Source of the DNA: Eledone cirrhosa
Lineage: Eukaryota
Reading direction: 5' to 3'
NCBI GenBank assembly: GCA_964016885.1
Contig: OZ024746.1
Coordinates: 17,670,001 to 17,734,000, forward strand
Length of the DNA stretch: 64,000 nucleotides
In this document: positions 51,786 to 64,000 of the stretch, one piece after another
Layout: each line of letters opens with the position of its first letter
Numbering within the stretch: position 1 is the first letter of the stretch
Program-made: the position numbers and the translations under genes
Notes under the pieces: generated by a model
Database searches by the model: none
What the model was told of the DNA's origin: nothing
The model's input: only the letters and a program-made list of their open reading frames with translations

Positions 51786-52335
51786 GATAAATCTACCAAG
51801 AGTTTACGGTAGTGTCCAATCCGTATGAAGAACTCAATGTAATCCGGATATCATGGAAAGAAGAGATGCAATGAAAAATCACTTTCGGTGAAAGATAAAC
51901 GGAATACAGAGTCAAGATAAAATATTAAAAAAATAATGAATAAAACAATGAAACAGTTCCTTATATTAAACAAAAAAAGTTCATTATTTAACGATCGTTT
52001 CTAGGATATATATGTGTTAGAATTGGCATGCATATTCAACAGATCTATGTACAAAATTATACAAAATTATACAAACTATCAAAATTAAATATACATACCA
52101 AACACATATATATGCCGTCTTCAGAAATACCGTCTTCTGAAGACGGCATATATATGTGTTTGGTATGTATATTTAATTTTGATAGTTTGTATAATTTTGT
52201 ATAATTTTGTACATAGATCTGTTGAATATGCATGCCAATTCTAACACATATATATCCTAGAAACGATCGTTAAATAATGAACTTTTTTTGTTTAATATAA
52301 GGAACTGTTTCATTGTTTTATTCATTATTTTTTTA

Positions 52336-52344
<9 letters not shown>
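51782..52344. mobile_element. Fold-back PLE-like element with long-stem-II hammerhead
   Basis: 210-bp arms (51917-52126 and 52135-52344), an 8-nt loop and a unique tail at 51782-51916; TA-flanked. Confidence 0.8.
52137..52271 (+). ncRNA. Hammerhead motif with a stem II region of about 116 nt (mirror copy on minus)
   Basis: CTGAAGA, then ATATATATGTGTT pairing with AACACATATATAT and TGGTATGTATATTTAAT pairing with GTTGAATATGCATGCCA, then GAAA-CGATCG-TT. The 5' strand of stem I is lost at the inversion point. Confidence 0.7.
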
Positions 52345-52367
<23 letters not shown>

Positions 52368-52467
52368 CCAACGTGAGAATGAGTATTCAGTATCGAAGTA
52401 GAGTTAAATATTCTTTATTGTGGCTAGGTAGTGAGTCCTGTTACTCTAAAGTTTCACCTGCATATTA

Positions 52468-52526
52468 ATAGTCTTGTCTGTTGATCCTGCGAGTACACAG
52501 GTGAAACCCCAGGCTAACAAGACTAT
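52468..52526 (+). ncRNA. Hammerhead-like motif with variant core
   Basis: ATAGTCTTGT-CTGTTGA-t-CCTG cgagtaca CAGG-t-GAAA-CCCCAGG-CTA-ACAAGACTAT, with a 10-bp stem I. An inverted 3' half (CAGGTGAAAC TTTAGA GTA ACAGGACT) lies at about 52434-52460. Confidence 0.6.
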
Positions 52527-52587
52527 ATATACTCTTTTACTCTTTTACCTGTTTCAGCCATCCGGCTGAGGCCATGCTGGGGCACCG

Positions 52588-52644
<57 letters not shown>

Positions 52645-52689
52645 TCAATGATATTAAATAAATGGAAACTATATTTATAAAACCATATT

Positions 52690-52750
52690 TATTCTATTAT
52701 ATATATTTCAAGGGTATCAAAACTTTGGTACGCTTTCATCAGATAAAATA
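52690..52750 (-). ncRNA. Type I hammerhead ribozyme motif
   Basis: Mirror image of 52884-52944. Confidence 0.82.
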
Positions 52751-52883
52751 CAAAGTTTGTTTTATAAATTTTGACATAACCAAGAAAAGATACCTTAACG
52801 GTTCAAGTTTTTCTATCCAAGAAAAACTTGAACCGTTAAGGTATCTTTTCTTGGATATGTCAAAATTTATAAAACAAACTTTG

Positions 52884-52944
52884 TATTTTATCTGATGAAA
52901 GCGTACCAAAGTTTTGATACCCTTGAAATATATATAATAGAATA
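52884..52944 (+). ncRNA. Type I hammerhead ribozyme motif
   Basis: TATTTTAT-CTGATGA-AAGCGTACCAAA gt TTTGATACCCTT-GAAA-TATATATA-ATAGAATA; stem I is retained with one G-U pair. Confidence 0.83.
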
Positions 52945-53082
52945 AATATGGTTTTATAAATATAGTTTCCATTTATTTAATATCATTGAATATTATACTC
53001 CAGGAAACTTGTCGAGTGCTTCGAATCAGTTATAAACATTTATATTTGTTGAATTACCAACAAATTGAATATCCCTTTTGCT

Positions 53083-53161
<79 letters not shown>

Positions 53162-53167
<6 letters not shown>

Positions 53168-53439
53168 CGGCGATGAATTAGTTTAGCGAGGTTTTTTATA
53201 TGAAATCGTGTGTCGAAACAAATATTGTTATACTTGGGGAGGGTCATATTTGTGTAATATTGCCAGAATTAATAACAGAACACACTCACTGTTTGGTTGG
53301 TTTTCGCTTCTCGCTGTCTTTTATATCTGCGATCTAACTTAATCGGTCCTCAACGCGAGAAGCGAAAATCAACCAAACAGTGAGTGTGTTCTGTTATTAA
53401 TTCTGGCAATATTGCATAAATATGACCCTCCCCAAGTAT

Positions 53440-53447
<8 letters not shown>
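53162..53447. mobile_element. Inverted-repeat element in (TA)n
   Basis: Arms at about 53223-53312 and 53354-53447 with a few transitions, a spacer of about 40 nt and a unique tail on the left; no clear hammerhead core. Confidence 0.65.
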
Positions 53448-53525
<78 letters not shown>

Positions 53526-53787
53526 TAAAATAACAGATTAAAGTTTAAGCAAAGAATCGGTGCTTTCACCCTTAACGGGATCTTCTGAAACTAACAAAGT
53601 CAATTTGTAAACGCAGAAGTGGATATTTCAAAAAACGTTGCAACCGGAGGAAGACAGGAAGACGATACTTTGGTTCGTGGAAACGTTCCTTGGCAAAGAA
53701 CGGGAAAAACGAATATAGTACGTCATTAATTTGCTCTACGGTTCTTATATATTTGATTTGGATTTTAGTCTTCAAATTTATTATTAT

Positions 53788-53829
<42 letters not shown>

Positions 53830-53866
53830 GAAATGATTTTTAAAAAAGGGTTTGAAAAACGCACAT

Positions 53867-53950
<84 letters not shown>

Positions 53951-54024
53951 AAACCAACTTCCTACATAATGGTCGCTCATATTTATGGTACGTCAAAATT
54001 ATTTATAAAACTGTTTATATATTG

Positions 54025-54090
54025 TATTTTATCTGACGAAGGCATGCCATATTTTTAATATGGTATCCCCGAAATATGGATAATGAAATA
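54025..54090 (+). ncRNA. Type I hammerhead motif, sister subfamily
   Basis: TATTTTAT-CTGACGA-AGGCATGCCATATT ttt AATATGGTATCCCC-GAAA-TATGGATA-ATGAAATA. The downstream AATATGGTTTTATAAATATAGTTTCCATTT is identical to the 52945 region. Confidence 0.78.
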
Positions 54091-54130
54091 AATATGGTTT
54101 TATAAATATAGTTTCCATTTGTTTAATATC

Positions 54131-54184
<54 letters not shown>

Positions 54185-55492
54185 GATCTTTATAACACGT
54201 ACAAGAATGATGTTAGCAAAGCAGGCTTTCTCTGTTTTAGATTATCAAAACATTTGTTATTAGGTTAAATTGTTTTTTTTCGTTAAAACTCCAGCATGCT
54301 CGACCAATGTGGTCCAGAGTCGGCTGGAACAGGTAAGCGATAAAAGATAAAATATCTGAAATGTTATGATGACAATCACCTAAGTACCAAAGAGACACTG
54401 TATAAGACACTGCTTAATTGTGGGAATAATCAAGAATAAGTACCTTTTTTTTTCATTATTAAGCTGGTGTCTGGAACATAACACAACAAATGTTTTGACA
54501 ATATTATGAGGGAAGGTTTGGTAGATGTGGTGGTGGTGATGAAGCGGTGTGTTAGTGTAGTAGTAGCGGTGTCAGTAGCGTGGTATTGGTGTTGGCTGTC
54601 TAGTAATAGTGGTGGTGGTGAATTGGTGACGATAATGCTGATGTAGTGGTGGTGATGGTGAAATAAAGATAACTGCAGTAGAGGTGGTAGTGGCTTGTTA
54701 GTAGCGGTGGTGGTGGTGGTGTGATGGTAGTGGCGTGTTAGTAGCGGTGGTGGTGAAGGTGGTGGTGCGATGCTAGCGGCGTGTTAGTAGTGGTGGCGGT
54801 GGTGATGTGATGGTAGTGGTGGTGGTGGTGATGGTGGTGGTGGTGGTGGTGGTGGTGGTGGTGGTGGTGGAGGTGGTGGTGGTGGTTGTGGTGGTGGTGG
54901 TGATGCGATGATAGCGGCGTGTTAGTAGTGGTGGTGGTGGTGATAGTGGTGGTGGTGATAGTGGTGGTGGTGTGATGGTAGCGGCGTGTTAGTAGCGGTG
55001 GTGGTGGTGTGATGGTAGCGGTATGTTAGTAGCGGTGGTGGTGGTGTGGTGGTAGTGGTGTTGGTGTTGGGAAACAAACGACCGGTTGTTTTACATAAAA
55101 TCAACAAAACAACAAACAACAAACAAAACAACACAGCAACAACAACAATATTATTTACACAGTAGACAATACATTGTTTATACAATACAATATTTTTACA
55201 ATATTTAATACACTAAAAGTTCATTAACGTAATGAATATAATGAAAGAATGGGAAAAATAAAAAAGAACAAAAAACGAAAAACCAAGCATCCAAACATCC
55301 AAACATCCAAATAACTATTTATTTGGAAAATTTCACCATGGTACCATGGAGGCACTGTTCCAAGATTGATTCTTAACAAAGCATTGCTTTGAAAAAAACC
55401 ATTTTAATATAGTTGCTATCTCATTAACTATTATTTTTCCACTTTCATGTCTGTTCCGCCATTACTTTATATTTATTTATTTATTTATCTTA

Positions 55493-55797
55493 ATATATTT
55501 CAATATATTTTAACATATTTCAATATATTTCAACATATTTCAACATATTTCAACATATTTCAACATATTTCAATATATTTCAATATATTTTAACATATTT
55601 TAATATATTTCAACATATTTTAATATATTCCATGCTAGCGTGGAAAATGGGCGTTAAACGATGATGATGATGATGATGATGATGATTTCAACATATTTAA
55701 ATATATTTCAACATATTTCAATATATTTCAATATATTTCAACATATTTTAACATATTTCAATATATTCCATGCTAGCGTGGAAAATGGACGTTAAAC

Positions 55798-55829
<32 letters not shown>

Positions 55830-57312
55830 CAACATATTTTAATATATTTCAACATATTTCAATATATTTCAACATATTTCAACATATTTCAATATATTTC
55901 AATATATTTCAATATATTTCAATATATTTCAACATATTTCAATATATTTCAACATATTTCAACATATTTCAACATATTTCAACATATTTCAATATATTTC
56001 AATATATTTCAATATATTTCAATATATTTCAACATATTTCAATATATTTCAATATATTTCAATATATTTCAACATATTTCAATATATTTCAACATATTTC
56101 AACATATTTCAATATATTTCAACATATTTCAATATATTTCAACATATTTCAATATATTTTAACATATTTCAATATATTTCAATATATTTCAACATATTTC
56201 AATATATTTCAACATATTTCAACATATTTCAACATATTTCAACATATTTCAATATATTTCAACATATTTAAACATATTTAAACATATTTAAACATATTTC
56301 AATATATTTCAATATATTTCAACATATTTCAATATATTTCAACATATTTCAACATATTTCAATATATTTCAACATATTTCAATATATTTCAACATATTTC
56401 AATATATTTTAACATATTTCAATATATTTCAATATATTTCAACATATTTCAATATATTTCAACATATTTCAACATATTTCAACATATTTCAACATATTTC
56501 AATATATTTCAACATATTTAAACATATTTAAACATATTTCAACATATTTCAATATATTTCAATATATTTCAACATATTTCAATATATTTCAACATATTTC
56601 AACATATTTCAATATATTTCAACATATTTCAATATATTTCAACATATTTCAACATATTTCAACATATTTCAATATATTTAAACATATTTCAACATATTTC
56701 AATATATTTAAACATATTTAAACATATTTCAACATATTTCAACATATTTCAATATATTTCAACATATTTCAACATATTTCAACATATTTTAACATATTTC
56801 AACATGTTTCAATATATTTCAACATATTTCAATATATTTCAACATATTTCAATATATTTCAATATATTTCAACATATTTCAATATATTTCAACATATTTC
56901 AACATATTTCAACATATTTCAATATATTTAAACATATTTCAACATATTTCAATATATTTAAACATATTTAAACATTTCAATATATCTTAACATATTTCAA
57001 TATATTTTAACATATTTTAATATATTTCAATATATTTCAACATATTTTAACATATTTCAATATATTTCAATATATTTCAACATATTTTAACATATTTCAA
57101 TATATTCCATGCTAGCGTGGAAAATGGACGTTAAACGATGATGATGATGATGATGATTTCAACATATTTTAATATATTTCAACATATTTCAACATATTTC
57201 AACATATTTCAACATATTTCAATATATTTCTACATATTTCAACATATTTCAATATATTCAACATATTTCAATATATTTCAATATATTTCAATATATTTTA
57301 ATATATTTCAAT
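55493..57312. repeat. 10-bp satellite (AAYATATTTC)n with three embedded SINE/RTE tail fragments
   Basis: Period of 10 bp; CATGCTAGCGTGGAAAATGGRCGTTAAAC(GAT)n occurs at about 55631, 55769 and 57108. Confidence 0.96.
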
Positions 57313-58145
57313 GTATTTCCGTTTTATTCAACCCCCATTACTTTACTGGTACTTTATTTTATCGACTCCGGGAGAATGAAAGGCAAACTTGAACCCAGAA
57401 TGCAAAGAACTGCCAACCTAATGCCCACAATATTCATCATAATTACAATAATGAATAAAATGTGGTGCGGTAAATAAATATATACATACAGTCCAGTTCC
57501 AAACACAATGGAACCAAACTACCACAGTCACTGCCTCTGTCTCTTCCGCTCTCCCTGTCTCTCACTATCATGAGCAAATGGAGGTCCAACGCACTGGCCG
57601 CCCCGCGGTCCCGACGGACAAAATAGAGAAGGCGTTTCGCTGGAAGATGGTGAGGGAGACGCACTGGAAGAGCCATTTCAGCTCGCAAGGCTCACACCTG
57701 CGGCTAGCCAACGGTGTTGAGTAGGGAGGTGGCTCTAGGGTCAAGGACATTAAAAAGTGTTTCTGATTTAGGCATGAAACCAACAATTTGGGGGAAGGGA
57801 AAGTCGATTAAATCGATCCCAGTGCATTACTGGTACTTTATTGTATCGAGTCCAGAAATATAAAAGGCAAAGCTAACCTCGGCGTGTTTTGAACACAGAA
57901 CGTAAAAAGGTTAAGGTGGCGCTTTACGTTATGGGTTCAAATCCCGTCTTAGTCAACTTTGCCTTTTATCTTTCCGAGGTCGATAAAATAAAATACCAGT
58001 TAAGTACTGAGGTCCATATAATTTCCCCTCTCTCTAAATTGCTGGCCATATGTCAAACTTAGAAAGAATTATTATTATATATCTTTATTTCTCTCTATAT
58101 TTTATTTCGGTTTTATTCTCATTAACAAACTTTATACACACACAC

Positions 58146-58186
<41 letters not shown>

Positions 58187-58194
58187 AATATATA

Positions 58195-58228
<34 letters not shown>

Positions 58229-58358
58229 CAAATACACATACACACACACATACACATACATACATACATACATATATACATATATATATATATACATATA
58301 TATAGAGAGAGACAAATACACATACACACACACACATACATACATACATATATACATA

Positions 58359-58392
<34 letters not shown>

Positions 58393-58416
58393 CAAATACA
58401 CATACACACACACACA

Positions 58417-58452
<36 letters not shown>

Positions 58453-58497
58453 TACATACATATATATATAGACAAATACACATACACACATACATAC

Positions 58498-58623
<126 letters not shown>

Positions 58624-58852
58624 AATACACACACACAAATCAATACAGACTTATCTATAGTTTAAATGTATTTTTAATGTCGTTATTTTCACTTTGATGA
58701 CGTTCTTGTCTCTCTCTTTCTCTTCCTCACTCTCTCTCTCTCGCCCCCGCCCCCTCTCTCTCTCTCGCCCTCTCTCTTCCTCTTCCTAAAGATTTTAATT
58801 AAGTACTAAACACAATGTGACGAATATGATAGATTAATTCACTGAAATTATG

Positions 58853-58921
<69 letters not shown>

Positions 58922-59019
58922 ATATACATATGTACATACACACATACACACATATACATACATAAATATATATACATGTATATGTAAGTATACATAGATA
59001 TTATGTATCTCAAGCCCAG

Positions 59020-59215
59020 CAAGGGTTTTGTTAAAGTGGATCACATCCTGGGGAAGGAACAATCCACCATTGAAGTCTGTGGCCAGCTAGCTACCTCAGT
59101 AGATAGAACCGAGCATGTTGTAACAGAGTGAAATCACACTCAGCCGAAGTTTGTAGTGGCGCCTCACAGAACACTGTGTTGAGTCCTACTTCTCTTCATT
59201 ATTCATATCAGTCAT
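59020..59215 (+). mobile_element. CR1/Jockey-type LINE RT relic, 5' part
   Basis: Decayed K.F.KVDH and SG.PQ.TVL.P.LFII motifs. Confidence 0.55.
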
Positions 59216-59275
59216 GAGCAGTTTTTCTGAATGGTATACCTGATTTCAAAATTGTCTTTAATTTTTTAGTAATAC

Positions 59276-60387
59276 CTTATGATGATCCACATCCTATGCG
59301 GCCCACCGTATGGTGAACCACATCCTATGCGGCCCACCGTATGGTGAACCACATCCTATGTGGTCCGCCTCGTGATGATCCACATCCTATGCGGCCCACC
59401 GTATGGTGAACCACATCCTATGTGGTCCGCCTCGTGATGATCCACATCCTATGCGGCCCACCGTATGGTGAACCACATCCTATGCGGCCCACCGTATAGT
59501 GAACCACATCCTATGCGGCCCACCGTATGGTGAACCACATCCTATGCGGCCCACCGTATGGTGAACCACATCCTATGTGGTCCGCCTCGTGATGATCCAC
59601 ATCCTATGCGGCCCACCGTATGGTGAACCACATCCTATGCGGCCCACCGTATAGTGAACCACATCCTATGTGGTCCGCCTTATGGTGAACCACATCCTAT
59701 GCGGCCCACCGTATGGTGAACCACATCCTATGCGGCCCACCGTATAGTGAACCACATCCTATGTGGTCCGCCTTATGGTGAACCAGATCCTATGCGGCCC
59801 CGCCGTATGGTGAACCACATCCTATGCGGCCCACCGTATGGTGAACCACATCCTATGCGGCCCACCGTATAGTGAACCACATCCTATGTGGTCCGCCTTA
59901 TGGTGAACCAGATCCTATGCGGCCCCGCCGTATGGTGAACCACATCCTATGCAGCCCACCGCATGGTGAACCAGATCCTATGCGGCCCCGCCTTATGATG
60001 AGCCACATTCTATGCGGCCCACCGTATGGTGAACCACATCCTATGCGGCCCGCCTTATGATGAGCCACATTCTATGCGGCCCACCGTATGGTGAACCACA
60101 TCCTATGCGGCCCGCCTTATGATGAGCCACATCCTATGCGGCCCGCCTTATGGTGATCCACATCCTATGCGGCCCGCCTTATGGTGATCCACATCCTATG
60201 CGGCCCGCCTTATGATGAGCCACATTCTATGCGGCCCACCGTATGGTGAACCACATCCTATGCGGCCCGCCTTATGATGAGCCACATCCTATGCGGCCCG
60301 CCTTATGGTGAACCACATCCTATGCGGCCCGCCTTATGGTGATCCACATCCTATGCGGCCCGCCTTATGGTGAACCACATCCTATGG
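59276..60387. repeat. GC-rich minisatellite, 31 bp x about 36
   Basis: Unit GAACCACATCCTATGCGGCCCACCGTATGGT, with variants. Confidence 0.96.
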
Positions 60388-60810
60388 ATAAATTTATGTT
60401 AAGCCACTTTGGAAAAGAGGGCGTACTTAAGTTACCTTATTCTGTTCTCTCGGGTGAAACCCTCGTAGCATCCAATAGCCCCAGAGACCTTCGAGTGAGT
60501 AACTATCGTTAACAACTTTAGCTGGAGTACCCACATAGAAAATAAAGCTGACATGGTCCGCAGGATGTGTCTCTCGATTCTTAGAACTTTTTTCCAGTCA
60601 AGAGATATTAGCACCATCATCCTTCTCTATCCTTCTCCGGGCCCACCTTGGATACTGTCGTCCACTATGGTCTCTTCACGGGAAACAAAGTATTATGAAA
60701 ACTGAAGCAGCCCAGAGCAATAGATGAAGAAATAAATGTATTGAGTACGGGGAGCCTCCATGGTCGGGAAACAAACCTACAGCAACCGTCAAACTGGGAG
60801 TAGCAACAAA
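60388..60810 (+). mobile_element. CR1/Jockey-type LINE RT relic, 3' part
   Basis: Decayed RDL.V....FSWSTHI..K....R.M...ILRTF...RPHL.YC.PLWS motifs. Confidence 0.55.
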
Positions 60811-60832
60811 GAATAATCTCAGTAATACGATA

Positions 60833-60915
<83 letters not shown>

Positions 60916-61075
60916 GTGTGTGTGTGTGTGTATAATTTATATATGATTTATATGTGTGTATGCGTGAGTGTATATGTGTGTATATGTGTGTATACGCCCG
61001 CGAGCGCGTGTAATGGCACGTTTTCTTATTAAACATTAATCTCTGCGGCTATTCCATCGCGTACACAGTTGCCAC

Positions 61076-61125
<50 letters not shown>

Positions 61126-61147
61126 CACATATATATATATGTGTGTG

Positions 61148-61211
<64 letters not shown>

Positions 61212-61455
61212 CACATATACACACACTCAGACACACATATATATATATATACATACACACATATATATATGTGTGTATGTATATATATATATATATATAT
61301 ACATATACACACACTCAGACACACACATATACATATATATATACATACACACATATATATATGTGTGTATGTATATATATATATATATATACATATACAC
61401 ACACTCAGACATATATATATATATATATACATACACACATATATATGTGTGTGTG

Positions 61456-61521
<66 letters not shown>

Positions 61522-61532
61522 CACACACTCAG

Positions 61533-61599
<67 letters not shown>

Positions 61600-61834
61600 T
61601 ACATAAATGTATGTATGTATTTGTGACTGGGTTATATTGAAACACTCTTCCAAACATTATTTATTAATAAGAGAAACAGAAGCTGGCAGTAGCTTCCATT
61701 TGGGCTTTTGTGGAAAAATATATAAATAAATAAACCGACGAAGCCGACAGAGGTTTATGTATGTGGTCACTTGATGTGCTAGAAATAACAGTTAATTCTC
61801 CCCTCCCTCCGACAAAAACACTTTAAATATGACA

Positions 61835-62290
61835 CCCATCCATCTATTCATTCATTTATTCATCCACCCCCTATCCATCCAGCCATCTAACCACCCAACC
61901 ATACACCCATCCACTCAGCCAGCCATCTACCCAACCAGCCAGCCATCTAACCACCCAACCATCCTACGCAACCAACCATCTAACCACCCAACCATCCATC
62001 TACCCAACCAGCCATCTAACCATCCATCTACCCAACCATCCATCTACCCAACCATCCAGCCATCTAACCACCCAACCATCCATCTACCCAACCAGCCATC
62101 TAACCACCCAACCATCCATCTACCCAGCTAGTCATCTAACCACCCAACCATCCATCTACCCAGCTAGCCATCTAACCACCCAACCATCCATCTACCCAGC
62201 CAGCCATCTAACCACCCAACCATCTATCTACCCAGCTAGCCATCTAACCACCCAAAAATCCATCCATCCTTCCACTCCAACCATCCATTC
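61835..62290. repeat. (CCAT/CCAA/CCAG)n tetranucleotide-derived repeat
   Basis: Directly visible low-complexity array. Confidence 0.9.
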
Positions 62291-62431
62291 ACGGAGCCTG
62301 AAATCTCCAGGTCACAATTCAATCGATTTTTGAGAAAGAAAGAGATGAAAGAATCGACGACCGAACAGAACCTGGAAAGGATGAAAGGAAAAGTTGACCT
62401 CAGCGGATCTGAACCCGGAGACGACGATCAG

Positions 62432-62519
62432 CTCTTTCTAGATGTATCTACGGCTTACTATACTACATTAACTAATGAGTTAATGTAGTATAGTAAGCCG
62501 TAGATACATCTAGAAAGAG
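62432..62519. other. Perfect hairpin with 42-bp arms
   Basis: 62432-62473 is the exact reverse complement of 62478-62519; the loop is AATG. Confidence 0.92.
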
Positions 62520-63587
62520 ATGATGGACACGACTGCAAGAAAGAGCAGCCAAATACCCCTCAAATCGCACCCTTACTGTTGACACGTGGTACATTCATTA
62601 GACTTTGTAGTCAGTTGAAGATACTTCAAGAATGTGGTGATGGGCGTGACTGGCAGGACCTACTAGAGAAATTTTGTAAAGGAGAACAAAATTGTTTTAA
62701 GGGACCAACGATCCCATCCACCGGGATGCTGTGGGAGCACTTCGCAAAATTCAAGGGGGCTGAGGTTTTGTTTTTTTTTCAGGTTGCAGTTTACGTAAGA
62801 TAATCAACTCTCCTTGGCTCTTCGGACTGTTGTACCGGTTGACCTAAGGTTTGGGTCAATGAGAGGCTATGATCAATGACACTTGACCAATATATGTCCT
62901 TGAACTTGGGACCTAATGATTGTGAAGTGAACTTCTTAACTATTCGGCCATGTTGTGTCCACCAACAACAACACTACCAACGAAACTACCGCCGCCATCA
63001 CCATCACCATCACCACCACCACCAACAACAACAACACTATCAACGTAACTACCGCCTCCTCCACCACCAACACCGCCACACCAACACCGACTACAACAAC
63101 ACCAACATAACTACCGCCGCTACTTCCATCACCATCACCACCACTAACAACAACACCAACGCCAACACCACCGCAACCACGACCATTAACATCATCATCA
63201 ACACCACCATTACCAGCACCACCACCAACAACAACAACATTAAGACCAACAACACCAAGACCAACAACAACACCAACCCCACCACCACCGCAACCACGAC
63301 CATTAACATCATCACCAATACTACCAACAAAACCACTATTACCACCACCAACAACAACAACAACACCAAACCACTACCAACAACGCCAACCCCACCACCA
63401 CCTCAGACTATATTTTATTCTATGAGCAGTAGAATAATGGTTATGAAAGTCTGCCAAAACAGTATGGTAATTACTTTTATCACGTGAAAGAGGCGAACAT
63501 TATTATTATTTATTTATTAGTTTTTTTTAAGTTATTTAATGTTAGAAGCAGAGAATTGGTGAAATGAAATAATAAAAAAAATTGACA

Positions 63588-64000
63588 TTTACAGCTCACA
63601 CCTATGTAAGTTTAGTTGACCTCCTATTATGATGTTAGAGCTCACGCTTGTGTCGGTTTAGTTGGTCTCCTATCAGGTTGTATCTCATAGGAGGTTTCTG
63701 GGGTCTTTCAATGGTAGGGGCCCCAGTTCTATCATGATCTTACAGCTCACAGGTATGTAGGTTTAGTTGGCCTCCTCTGAGGTTGTATCTCACGTGAGGT
63801 TTCTGGAGTGTTTTAATGATAGGGGTCCCCAGTTCCATTTTCTTGTTAAGTCTCAGAGCTATGTAGGTTTAACTGGCTTCTTACAAGGTTGGATCTCACA
63901 GGGGGTTTCTTGCGTGTTTTAATAGTAGGAGCCTCTGTTTTATCATGTTGTTACAACTCACACCTATGTATGTTTAGTCGGACTCATATGAGGTTGTATC
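63588..64000. repeat. Degenerate tandem repeat of about 105 bp, same family as 32750-33190
   Basis: Shares the unit sequence and orientation; runs off the window end. Confidence 0.85.

Larger units (their letters stand above)
52642..53085. mobile_element. Fold-back PLE-like element with two complete hammerheads
   Basis: Palindrome 52642-52992 centred at 52817 plus a tail to 53085; TA-flanked; same family as 4652-5065. Confidence 0.82.

Noticed and set aside
52662-52972. Mirror ORFs METIFIKPYLFYY... on both strands (also 4774-4974)
   Set aside because: They result from the palindrome; the conserved feature is the RNA structure and no protein family was recognised.
53550-53592. Minus-strand CAGAAGA-TCCC gttaa GGGT-GAAA hammerhead-like string
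   Set aside because: The core is altered and no stem I or stem III pairing was found; too weak to call.
55799-56281. (ISTYFNIFQH)n ORF
   Set aside because: It is a reading of the 10-bp satellite, started by an (ATG)n SINE tail.
62876-63487. His/Thr/Asn-rich ORFs (also 22255-22647 and 54922-55185)
   Set aside because: They come from trinucleotide (CAC/CAA)n low-complexity tracts with no splice or domain support.

Overview
AT-rich, microsatellite-dense animal genomic DNA. It is not prokaryotic, and the SINE families and repeat landscape suggest a cephalopod such as Octopus (inference). The only well-supported host gene is on the minus strand: three phase-1 exons (14079-13939, 6711-6526, 1010-807) that splice in frame to an EGF-like repeat followed by a divergent F-type-lectin/galactose-binding-like domain, running off the window start. 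The rest is mostly repeats: tRNA-derived SINEs, RTE- and CR1-type LINE relics, three Helitrons (one with a Pif1 helicase fragment), a mariner pseudogene, a Gypsy integrase fragment, two solo LTRs with 4-bp TSDs, hAT- and piggyBac-type MITEs, and several young minisatellites. One 27-bp minisatellite gives a 1099-codon (GYNSGTSTT)n ORF. The most striking signal is a set of fold-back (palindromic) elements inserted in (TA)n tracts, clustered at 1.5-5.1 kb and 51.4-54.1 kb. Several carry type I hammerhead-ribozyme motifs (CUGAnGA-stem II-GAAA-short palindromic stem III-NUH) with covarying or very long stem II. They are most simply read as Penelope-like retroelement (PLE) termini from several families. 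All structures were paired by eye; no folding or database search was run.
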